The notes under the pieces are model-generated. The model searched no databases. It was given only the letters and a program-made list of their open reading frames with translations, and was not told the DNA's origin. The translations under genes and the position numbers were made by a program. DNA of 58,303 nucleotides from Candidatus Hermodarchaeota archaeon (GTDB taxonomy: Archaea; Asgardarchaeota; Hermodarchaeia; Hermodarchaeales; Hermodarchaeaceae), in the NCBI GenBank assembly GCA_016839365.1, contig JAEOUH010000074.1, positions 1 through 58,303 of the forward strand, given 5' to 3'. This document shows, one piece after another, positions 36,701-44,652 of the stretch (the first letter of the stretch is position 1; each line of letters opens with the position of its first letter).

Positions 36701-38812
36701 GGACGCACCATCACCATGACCCCTGACCACAACGCCATGATCTGGAACCCCACCACGCAAACCATCGAACGCACCAAAGCCCACCAACTCAAACCCGGCG
36801 ATCAGATCCCCATTCTCAATACGATTAACATTCCTGAAAGAAATCCTCCCCAAACCATCAACATCCTCCAAGAACTTACTGACAACCTACCAAACACTGA
36901 ACAATTCCAAACCTTCAAACACCAAACCAGACTCAGAAACGCCGAAACCTGGATGCGAACAACACTCCACCGATTCGCCCACTCTCTCAATCCATCAGAC
37001 CCACTCGGTCCACGAAAAATTAACAAAATACTCCAACACTACTTCGGACCCCAAATTCCTCGTCGACGCAAAACTCGCCTTTTCACTCAGGCGTGGTACA
37101 CTTCTATCCCCCTAACTCACCTCGAAATCCTCGAACACGAAGGCGTCTTCCAATGGAACGACATTCCTTCTACCGCGCAAATTGGCATGGCCCGCGATGA
37201 CCACACCATCACCCCCTACATCCCATTCAACTCAAATTTCGTAAGACTGCTTGGTTACTATGTCGCCGAAGGCTACATCCGCGATGAACCCAACTGCTAC
37301 CAAACCAACTTCAGCGTCCCCCACCCCGCCCTACGAACACACCTCCGAAACCTCATCCAAACAGTCCTCGGATCAGACCCCTACTACAAAAAAGATAACG
37401 ATCAACTCGTCCACACCGGACGCATCCACGCCTACCTCCTCGCTTATGCGTGGAAAATTGGGAAAAACGCACTAATAAAACGAGTTCCTACTTTTGTATT
37501 TAATTTGCCAAGAGAATTTCGACTTCACTTCCTTTCAGCTTTGATTGATGGAGCTGGTTCCATTATCCCTCGGTCATGCAGAACTACAATTTACACTGCA
37601 AACGCAAAACTCGCTAAAGACTATTCATTTCTTCTATCGACATTGGGTGTATTTGCAAGAATCCATCAGGCAAAAGGTGGTCGGTTTGGTCAAGCAGTTT
37701 TAAAACGATATGAGGAATTAGGAATCGAGCCCAAAGAGACAGAAGGCTTGTATCACGTAGATATCCCTGGAAGAGAAAATATTCCCTTTTTAGAAGATTT
37801 GTCTTTGATTAATGCTGAAAAAGACGAAAGAAGAAGAAAGATACTCGATAAGGGTTTTCCCAAAATTCAATTCTTGCCAAAAATCGGAGAACACGTTATT
37901 CTTGATCAAATAAAAGGAATAATTCCATCTCAAAACAATGATTCTTCATATTGTTTAGAGGTCTTGAAAGAAGAACATCAAAATAATCTCTATAACAATA
38001 TATCGACTTCTAATTGTTTAGTTTTTCAGTGTGATGGGGATGAGGATAGTGTGCTATTGGCGCTTGATTCGATGTTGAATTTTTCGCGGGCGTATTTGCC
38101 GACATCGCGTGGTGGGTCGATGGATACGCCGTTGGTGTTGAGTGTGTCGATTACGCCGAAGGAAATTGATGATGAGGCACACAATATTGATGGGAGTGGG
38201 ATTTACCCGTTGGAATTCTATGAAAAGACGAGGCAGTTTCTTGATCCCAAGGACGTTGAGGATATCTTTGATTTGGTGGCGCACCGGATTGTCGATCATC
38301 GAATTGATCCCACGGCCGAGTCATACGGGTTAGAGTTTTCTCACCCGACGGGAGACGTGAACTATGGACCTCGTGTAACCACTTATACGAAACTGAAGAC
38401 GATGGAGGAGAAAGTGAAACGGCAACTAGCCTTGGGCAGACGTATTGCTGCTGTAGATGTCCAAGATATGGCTCGGCGGCTCCTCGATTCGCATTTCCTT
38501 CCCGACATCTTTGGAAATATTCGTGCCTTCGCTTCTCAACAATTCCGCTGTACAAGTTGTAATGAGAAATACCGTCGTATCCCCCTAGCCGGGCGGTGTC
38601 CTGCATGCTCAGGAAAACTCATTCTAACTGTGACCAAAGCCGGAATCACCAAGTATGTAGATTTAGCTTCCCAAATTGTAGAGGACTATCAATTACCTTT
38701 ATACTATCAACAGCGACTCGAGATAGCTAAAGGGGTTATCAATTCCATCTTCCCATCTGAAGAGGTTGATCAACAAGCCACCTTGAAGCAGTTTTCAACG
38801 AAGAGTTCGTAA
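33758..38812 (+). CDS. polC: DNA polymerase D large subunit DP2, intein-containing
   Basis: GLDP, YFAGPIRAAGGT, RYGRSRNTG, GRPEKAK, zinc fingers, YAHPFWHAAKRRN...CDGDED, C-terminal CxxC motifs. Confidence 0.97.
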   Translation: MEYHESYVNALREEIQRIAKIAEAARKKGLDPTTEVEIRPADDVAGRVEGLVGPPGVAERIRQLSETEPAPNVAFEVAREIVQRAQARGGDLENAAEQAIRTALAILTEGITAGPIEGIATVKIKTNVDGSRYLAVYFAGPIRAAGGTEAAQTVIVADAVRQQLDLDNYKPSTENVERYVEEVDLYNRVSHLQYPSKPEEVRLAARNLPVEVTGEPTAEVEVTGYRDLPGVETNRLRGGAILVLNDSILGKAHKLANLVAQLDMSGWDWLENLTPQETDEEKAEKRIQPKEKYLEDIIAGRPVLAYPSRKGGFRVRYGRSRNTGLAALGVHPATMVLLDSFVACGTQLIIERPGKGCVAMPVDSIHGPIVKTYNGSIHRIDTVDEAKKISDSVSKILFLGDLLIGFGEFRENNHLLVPAGYCPEWWAQEVLMGFIVASDSVRQNLFQQLDKHTFLQFITEPFKATPDALEALTISTTLKVPLHPRHLFFWEDLSIHQLMEFKEWVNDLTPTQENGHVVTLQGTIDEGIEEILETLGIPCNCKENQIWFHEAAPILHAMFIGPHKCKFASSEADESDALDYLQNNWSIQIHPKGTFYIGARVGRPEKAKRRQMSPPPHGIYPIGNAGGSMRDIRKAEKQKKVKVEANYRLCPRCGTITFKRICSSCHIETEQIHWCPICKADSKTSKCARCGAEANTYGPIESPLKKELQHTRNKLSQKLPSRIKGVKGLMSKNKTPEILEKAIFRAKYDLFVYKDGTIRFDMTDAPLTHFKPCEINASLDALHALGYHFDKTGAPLTNPNQVIELKIQDIVVPFDCAKYLFRVSKFVDDLLSQVYGLEPFYNFKTPEDLKGHLVVGLAPHTSAGVIGRIIGFTPLRVCYAHPFWHAAKRRNCLHTDEEVIIWDTNDQKLLKLPLGQIVEELLEKRTPTKVVDDFGTLAIDNPFTHWRTISIDPTTHQPIYQPIKHWIKGTSNHWLTITTHSGRTITMTPDHNAMIWNPTTQTIERTKAHQLKPGDQIPILNTINIPERNPPQTINILQELTDNLPNTEQFQTFKHQTRLRNAETWMRTTLHRFAHSLNPSDPLGPRKINKILQHYFGPQIPRRRKTRLFTQAWYTSIPLTHLEILEHEGVFQWNDIPSTAQIGMARDDHTITPYIPFNSNFVRLLGYYVAEGYIRDEPNCYQTNFSVPHPALRTHLRNLIQTVLGSDPYYKKDNDQLVHTGRIHAYLLAYAWKIGKNALIKRVPTFVFNLPREFRLHFLSALIDGAGSIIPRSCRTTIYTANAKLAKDYSFLLSTLGVFARIHQAKGGRFGQAVLKRYEELGIEPKETEGLYHVDIPGRENIPFLEDLSLINAEKDERRRKILDKGFPKIQFLPKIGEHVILDQIKGIIPSQNNDSSYCLEVLKEEHQNNLYNNISTSNCLVFQCDGDEDSVLLALDSMLNFSRAYLPTSRGGSMDTPLVLSVSITPKEIDDEAHNIDGSGIYPLEFYEKTRQFLDPKDVEDIFDLVAHRIVDHRIDPTAESYGLEFSHPTGDVNYGPRVTTYTKLKTMEEKVKRQLALGRRIAAVDVQDMARRLLDSHFLPDIFGNIRAFASQQFRCTSCNEKYRRIPLAGRCPACSGKLILTVTKAGITKYVDLASQIVEDYQLPLYYQQRLEIAKGVINSIFPSEEVDQQATLKQFSTKSS
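36431..38029 (+). mobile_element. Intein (533 aa) with LAGLIDADG endonuclease domain in PolD DP2
   Basis: Inserted at KRRN|CDGDED; begins CLHTDEEV, block B TPDH, block C LLGYYVAEG, block E FLSALIDGAG, ends LVFQ followed by Cys. Confidence 0.93.
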
Positions 38813-38820
38813 GTGTTTGC

Positions 38821-39681
38821 CTACTTATTTTCTAAAAGAATCCGCATAAGATCTTTATCACGGATAATACCACAAAGTTCTCCTTTAGCATCAGTCACAG
38901 GAAGTTGATCAATATCATTTCGCCGCATTGCTTTTGTCACTTCTCCAATGGTCGCATGTTCATAGGTCGTGATGATTCCGCTGACCATCACCTCTGATAC
39001 CGGTTTATCAGGGAGTTGTAATTCGTTTGTTGCGATGTAGAGTACCGCGGTTGCATCCCAAGACCAATCGGTTCCTTCACTGGCTGCAGAAACTGATGTG
39101 GATCGGCTTTCTCGAACGATTTCGCTCAGATTCATGATATCACTCACGGAGATGATACCCACCAGATCCCCCTTTTCTGAAATCACAGGTAAAACATCAG
39201 TGGCGGCAAGACGCATAATGGTATATGCCGCTTGAACGGGCGTATTTTCCCAAACGGCGGTAACCTTTCGTTCAACAAAGGGAGTGATTAGTTTCTCAGA
39301 ATATTGTACACTGATTACCTTCCGGATAACTTGATGTACAGTAATCATCCCTTTCAATCGACGCTTTGAACCAACGACAGGTAATCGACGAATCCCCTCA
39401 TTTAAAAGAATGCGGACAGCATCTTTAACGTCGTCGTCCTCAGATACTACTGGCGGATCACGATCCATTAGAAGCGCTAACTGGTCCTCCTCAACTTTGC
39501 GCATAAGGTCTAATCGTGAGACAATTCCCGCGAGTTCTTTTGTACCTTTCTTCACTAATGGAATTGCAGTTTTTCCATGCTCTGCCATAATCTGGAGAAC
39601 AGTATCACGAGTTCCAGGAACTTCAGCCCGAGCAAATTCCGTGTGCATCACTTCTTTAACTTTCACATTTAGCGCCTCCAA
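38821..39681 (-). CDS. CBS-domain protein (4 CBS)
   Basis: VKEVM, GIRRLPVV, GIISVSD, IDQLPV. Confidence 0.88.
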   Translation of the reverse strand: MEALNVKVKEVMHTEFARAEVPGTRDTVLQIMAEHGKTAIPLVKKGTKELAGIVSRLDLMRKVEEDQLALLMDRDPPVVSEDDDVKDAVRILLNEGIRRLPVVGSKRRLKGMITVHQVIRKVISVQYSEKLITPFVERKVTAVWENTPVQAAYTIMRLAATDVLPVISEKGDLVGIISVSDIMNLSEIVRESRSTSVSAASEGTDWSWDATAVLYIATNELQLPDKPVSEVMVSGIITTYEHATIGEVTKAMRRNDIDQLPVTDAKGELCGIIRDKDLMRILLENK

Positions 39682-39770
39682 AGAGCAAAATCCACTGAAA
39701 GAATAGTCTTGACAGCGAAAATCCTGGAATAAATTAGCAAGTACCGTTAAAAAGGATTCCTCAATGGGGA

Positions 39771-41099
39771 CTATCGAATCTTTATATATTCATAAGCATC
39801 GCGAGCTGTATCAAAAGCGTAGTGAACCTTCTGGAAGCCTTTTCTAAATTGCGCAACATCCTTAGCTACAGATTTTGGCTCTTCTTTGTCGAATACAATT
39901 CGGCGCATAAAACCTGCAATTTGGGCCATTTCATCCTTTTTCATTCCCAAACGTGTCATCTCGCTAGTACCAAGTCGAATTCCGCCTGGACGAATGTAGT
40001 CCCGTCCAAAGCGCTTATCCCATGGCAGCAAATTTCGGTTAATGATGATGTTGGCGTCTTCAAGTTTTTCTTCAACGACCCGTCCATTACGGAGAGGAGT
40101 ATCAGCAACTTCAATAAGCAAAACATGGGATTTTGTAAATCCCTTGTGTTCCGCAAGAACTTTGAAACCTTCTTCCATAAGCGCTTGCCCAAGACTTTGT
40201 GCATTCTTAATAACCTGTTGACAATACTCCTTCCCAAAAGCGAGCATTTCAGCCATTACCACTGCTTTTGCTGCTACATGATGAAGATGATGGTTACTGT
40301 GGAGCGCAGGAAAGACTCCTCGTTTAATTCGATCAGCAAACTGATCGTGGGCAACAATACACCCACCCTGTGGTCCAGGTAGCGTCTTGTGTGTGCTGAA
40401 AGTGAGACTGTCTGCTCCCTCACGAAGCGGATCTTGAAAACTATCTGTACCGACTAAGCCTGCAACATGCGCGGCATCATAATTCACATATGCACCATAC
40501 CCCTTTGCTACGGCAACAATCTCCGGAAGTGGTTGAGGGAATGGGAAGACCGATGCACCAAACATAAAGAGGTCAATGTGTTTCCCCTTTTTTTGTAAAC
40601 GTTCAATTTTTCGAATCGTGGCATCAACATCTATATTCAATTCATATTCATCGTACTTGAAGTACTGAATTTTCAATCCACGGACTCGACCAGCGGTTCC
40701 CCATAACCTATGGCGGGCAGAAGAAATATGACCGCCCGTAGGAATTGATAAACACATCATACGGTCACCCGGTTCAGTAAAAGCCGTCAAAATACTAAGA
40801 TTAGCAAGCACACCACTTATCGGTCTGACATCTGCAAAGTCCGCTCGAAAAAGCGCTTTTGTCAACTCGTTACCCATGATTTCGACTTCATCTATATACT
40901 TCGTTCCTGCGTATACCCGTTCTCCAGGCCAACCTTCGGCATACCTGTCACTGAAATCAATTTGCATTGCCTCTCGAACGGCAGGAGAATGGACGTTCTC
41001 TGACGCAATCAGATTAATCGTTTCACGCATCCATGAATGATGTTTTTCTAACAAGGCGAAAATCTGGTTGTATGCTGATCGTGCTTCGCTAGGTTTCAT
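39771..41099 (-). CDS. glyA: Serine hydroxymethyltransferase
   Basis: LIASEN, YAEGWPG, GGHISS, DAAH, STHKTLPGPQGG, GIRLGT. Confidence 0.96.
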   Translation of the reverse strand: MKPSEARSAYNQIFALLEKHHSWMRETINLIASENVHSPAVREAMQIDFSDRYAEGWPGERVYAGTKYIDEVEIMGNELTKALFRADFADVRPISGVLANLSILTAFTEPGDRMMCLSIPTGGHISSARHRLWGTAGRVRGLKIQYFKYDEYELNIDVDATIRKIERLQKKGKHIDLFMFGASVFPFPQPLPEIVAVAKGYGAYVNYDAAHVAGLVGTDSFQDPLREGADSLTFSTHKTLPGPQGGCIVAHDQFADRIKRGVFPALHSNHHLHHVAAKAVVMAEMLAFGKEYCQQVIKNAQSLGQALMEEGFKVLAEHKGFTKSHVLLIEVADTPLRNGRVVEEKLEDANIIINRNLLPWDKRFGRDYIRPGGIRLGTSEMTRLGMKKDEMAQIAGFMRRIVFDKEEPKSVAKDVAQFRKGFQKVHYAFDTARDAYEYIKIR

Positions 41100-41211
41100 G
41101 TTTTCCATCTCTAACAAGTTTGACTCCTTAACAGAGAGAAGATGTTTCTTCAAGAAACCTTAAAAACGGTTGGGATTTAATGATTCCAGACAAATAGCCG
41201 GTGGGAGAAAC

Positions 41212-41409
41212 TTGCCAAAGTCCAAACGCAAACGTTCATCAGAAGGACCTATGCCCGCAGCTGGTGCAGGATTAATTCGTTTCTTTGCAGACTCAAGTGA
41301 GGGAATAAAAATAGGACCAGTTACAGTGCTGCTACTATCAATTGCCCTCGTAGTCGTCGTTGTTATGGCTGGTCTAGGGCTGTTCAATATTTTCTTTCCC
41401 GGATTATAG
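41212..41409 (+). CDS. Preprotein translocase subunit Sec61beta
   Basis: AGLIRFF..SEGIKIGP followed by a C-terminal TM; likely TTG start after GGTGGGAG. Confidence 0.88.
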   Translation: MPKSKRKRSSEGPMPAAGAGLIRFFADSSEGIKIGPVTVLLLSIALVVVVVMAGLGLFNIFFPGL

Positions 41410-41500
41410 TTCCACTTGATATTTGCAGTTGATAATTCTAGTAGGCTTAAAATAGTGATTAAAGCAAAACTAGTCAATCAGTTGTTGACTTACAGAATTC

Positions 41501-42556
41501 ATGGGGCTTATAATGTCGAACCCGTTCGAGGATATCCAATTAATCAAATCTCGAAACCTAGCAATTCGTGCTGGTGAAAACCGCCTACTCTTTGATCCCA
41601 CAACTATTCCAAATAGATGGCGTTCACCAAAAACAACTGTATGTATATCCCATGCTCATACCGATCACACCGCGGGTTTCACGAACAATCTCTTAAAAAT
41701 CGTCACTCCCGAAACGCTGGAAATCTATAAAGCCGTTTTGGGAAAACCCACACGGGTTCATACAATACAACTTGGAAACCAGTATACACTCGAGGATGGT
41801 GGGACACTTCAACTTCATCCTGCGGGTCATATGCTAGGCGCAGCTCAATTTGTGGTTGAAAGGAATGGAACACGCTTGGTATACACGGGAGATTTCAATC
41901 TTCAATCCACTATGACCGCCAAAGGTGCCCACCCCATTCCCTGTGATGTTCTCTTGATGGAGGCAACTTACGGGCGTCCTGATGCGGTGTTTCCACCACG
42001 AGAACAAGTCTATACTGAAATTGCTGAATGGACAAGTCGAGAACTAAAAAAAGGAAAAGTTCCGGTTTTTCGCGTCTATGCCACAGGAAAAGCCCAAGAA
42101 ATCATCCGAATTATCAACACCTATCTAACAGTACCTGTTGTGGTTGAACCAACCATCGCATCAATTAGCGAAGTCTATGCGCGTCACGGAATTCCCCTTA
42201 AGTTCTTCAATGAAGAATCTGATGAGGGGCGAGAAATAATGCATTATGGTGGCTACGTTTATCTCTCAGCTGGAAATCTACTAACGCTTCATTCTCAAAT
42301 TAGGCAACCAATTTCTCGTGCAGTTGCAACGGGATGGGCAAAGATGTTTCCTATGAAGAAATTCGATAAATCCTTTATCCTATCCGCTCACGCCGACTTT
42401 CAACAACTCCTTGATTATATTACTAAAACACAGCCTCGTGCGGTTCATCTCACCTGTGGAAATACCGTCACCTTTGGGGCGGTGCTTGAAAAGCTGAATA
42501 TCAAACAAATAGTGCCCAAACACCGGAAACAACTTGAGCTTTCTGATTTTCTCTAA
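41501..42556 (+). CDS. Metallo-beta-lactamase/beta-CASP nuclease
   Basis: SHAHTDH, AGHMLG, YTGD, MEATYG, GKAQE, LSAHADF. Confidence 0.88.
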   Translation: MGLIMSNPFEDIQLIKSRNLAIRAGENRLLFDPTTIPNRWRSPKTTVCISHAHTDHTAGFTNNLLKIVTPETLEIYKAVLGKPTRVHTIQLGNQYTLEDGGTLQLHPAGHMLGAAQFVVERNGTRLVYTGDFNLQSTMTAKGAHPIPCDVLLMEATYGRPDAVFPPREQVYTEIAEWTSRELKKGKVPVFRVYATGKAQEIIRIINTYLTVPVVVEPTIASISEVYARHGIPLKFFNEESDEGREIMHYGGYVYLSAGNLLTLHSQIRQPISRAVATGWAKMFPMKKFDKSFILSAHADFQQLLDYITKTQPRAVHLTCGNTVTFGAVLEKLNIKQIVPKHRKQLELSDFL

Positions 42557-42565
42557 CTTGTTTCT

Positions 42566-43828
42566 TTACATTGAGATACCTGAAACGTAAGGGGTGCCAC
42601 CTAATATTTCCTGCGCGGCTTTTCCAACGCGTTTACGAAAGGGAGCGGTTGTGTAAACACGGATAATATCAAGATAACCTTTCAGTGACGAGATTACACG
42701 AGAAAGTTCAACGAGATCGACTGCAATCTTCTTCTTGCCAACATAGGCGAACCCAGGAATCTTCATCGGATCTAGCTGAGACGAATGACGATACGGAACT
42801 GATGGGAGTAGCGGAGAATCCAAGTGAACTTCTTCTACAGGAACTTTTGCCTTTTTTGCGATTTCTTGTTCAATTTGAGTTCGCACGCTCTCTTTGTCTA
42901 ACAAATCTATCGTCGGATGATCTTGTACGATGGATTCGACAGTGTATGCGCATTTTAGCAGTTCCCGTCGCTCAAGGCGTTCCATGATGGGACGGGACGC
43001 TTTGCACTTCCTAAGGTTTGCCCAGGTTACGTAATCATCCATTGCCAAGTATTCCTCTGGAGTACTAAAAGACGAAAATCCCAATTCCTCATCAGCTGCC
43101 TTTAAGGCATTGGTTAACATTCGTTGGACTCCTCGGCAAACCCTATGATAATAGATGCTGCGGAAACTAAGCACCCGGGCAATCAGAAAGGCTTCCAGTG
43201 TCGATAAAGCCGTTGTATTAACCGCTAAATTGCCTTGAAACGGCTCGGTAGTATAAATCAGTCGAAATACATCGACACTACCATACTCAGCTCCAGTGTG
43301 AAACGAATCACGCACAATATAGTCTAACTTATCAACATCAACTGAGCTGCGAATAACCTGATTAAGGTATAATCGTCCACTTTTCTCCCATTTTCCAACA
43401 GCGAGCTGACTCAGATTTATCGGATCTAATCCACCATCTCGTAGAATATCCGCTAGCTCCGAATTGTTCACAAGCCAAGTTGTAATGTCTTCATGATTTT
43501 GCCCTCGTTTCGCTAGGACTTCCTCGAAAATATGACTAAATGGTCCATGGCCGATGTCATGCAACAGGGCCGCTAACCGCAGCATTTGAACCTCCATATT
43601 ATCCTCTGTAATGTTTTCAGCCATGATGCCTGCTAGATGCAGTGCTCCTACACTGTGTTCAAACCGGGTATGATTAGCCCCAGGATAAACAAACTCTGCA
43701 CCCGCTAACTGCCGTAGTCGGCGCAATCGTTGCACCACACGGGTATCAATCATAGTCTTTTCCAAGGGCGTAATCGCCACGTATCCATATAATGGGTCTT
43801 TAATGAAACCCCAACGCTCTTGGACCAC
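42566..43828 (-). CDS. HD-domain dNTP triphosphohydrolase (SAMHD1-like)
   Basis: QRLRRLRQL, HTRFEHS, LLHDIGHGPFSH, DVDKLDY. Confidence 0.9.
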   Translation of the reverse strand: MVQERWGFIKDPLYGYVAITPLEKTMIDTRVVQRLRRLRQLAGAEFVYPGANHTRFEHSVGALHLAGIMAENITEDNMEVQMLRLAALLHDIGHGPFSHIFEEVLAKRGQNHEDITTWLVNNSELADILRDGGLDPINLSQLAVGKWEKSGRLYLNQVIRSSVDVDKLDYIVRDSFHTGAEYGSVDVFRLIYTTEPFQGNLAVNTTALSTLEAFLIARVLSFRSIYYHRVCRGVQRMLTNALKAADEELGFSSFSTPEEYLAMDDYVTWANLRKCKASRPIMERLERRELLKCAYTVESIVQDHPTIDLLDKESVRTQIEQEIAKKAKVPVEEVHLDSPLLPSVPYRHSSQLDPMKIPGFAYVGKKKIAVDLVELSRVISSLKGYLDIIRVYTTAPFRKRVGKAAQEILGGTPYVSGISM

Positions 43829-43897
43829 TTACACAACCTCCAAGCATTCTCGTATTCTACTACAAACAGAGAAACCTCTACTTATAACCACTCCGAA

Positions 43898-44287
43898 CTA
43901 GCCTACCTGTGTCGAATCGCTTCTACGCGACTCCATCTCCATTAGTACCAATCGCACAGCTGACAACACTGCACCTACCTCTCCCTCATGCTCACGTGAT
44001 AAGAATAAATTCACTACGACAATCCCCCCTAACTTTTGTGCGGCTATATCCGCAATTGCCCGTGCCTCTGCTTGAAATCGCGTTCCCACTACACAGGATG
44101 TCGCTACTGGTGACACTTCGCTAAATGGGCTTGGAACTCCCACTGCAATTGTCCCGAACCGCTGCACCCCATCACTAACCAATACTAACGATCCATTTTC
44201 CAAGTTACCAATCGCTACTGCAATACGCAGTTCACCAACCTCTACAGACTCTTCAACAAAATCTATTGTCAACTTTCCTAACACCAT
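43898..44287 (-). CDS. Proteasome assembly chaperone PAC3/PAC4-like protein (tentative)
   Basis: LENGSLVLVS...RFGTIAVGVP...ARAIADIAAQKLGGIVVVNL pattern; size 129 aa. Confidence 0.5.
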   Translation of the reverse strand: MVLGKLTIDFVEESVEVGELRIAVAIGNLENGSLVLVSDGVQRFGTIAVGVPSPFSEVSPVATSCVVGTRFQAEARAIADIAAQKLGGIVVVNLFLSREHEGEVGAVLSAVRLVLMEMESRRSDSTQVG

Positions 44288-44308
44288 GTAACCTCTTTTC
44301 TTTACCCT

Positions 44309-44566
44309 TTATTTCACCCTATACGGCTCACCAAGAATCGAGTCAAAGACTTCTTTCAAAGACTCATCTACAAGCACTACGCGAACATGGGCCATCTTGT
44401 CTTCCTTAGGATCATAACTTCCTGACACTAATTCAATGATATCTTCACTGTCAAGCATCAAAATCGTCTTTTCCTCGTCCACTTCTTGATTCATACAAAA
44501 TCTTTCTCTTATTGCTTTCATAGCTTCGGGATATTTCGATGGGTGGATCTTGTAAAACAGCTTCAT
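44309..44566 (-). CDS. Hypothetical protein
   Basis: 85-aa ORF with an upstream GGAG, co-oriented with its downstream neighbours. Confidence 0.65.
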   Translation of the reverse strand: MKLFYKIHPSKYPEAMKAIRERFCMNQEVDEEKTILMLDSEDIIELVSGSYDPKEDKMAHVRVVLVDESLKEVFDSILGEPYRVK

Positions 44567-44652
44567 CTCATTAATCTCCTTAATATGAATGTGCCCGAAA
44601 AGATGGTATAAGTCTAATTGTGGGGCTTAGATTTAAATTGAAAAGAAGATGA

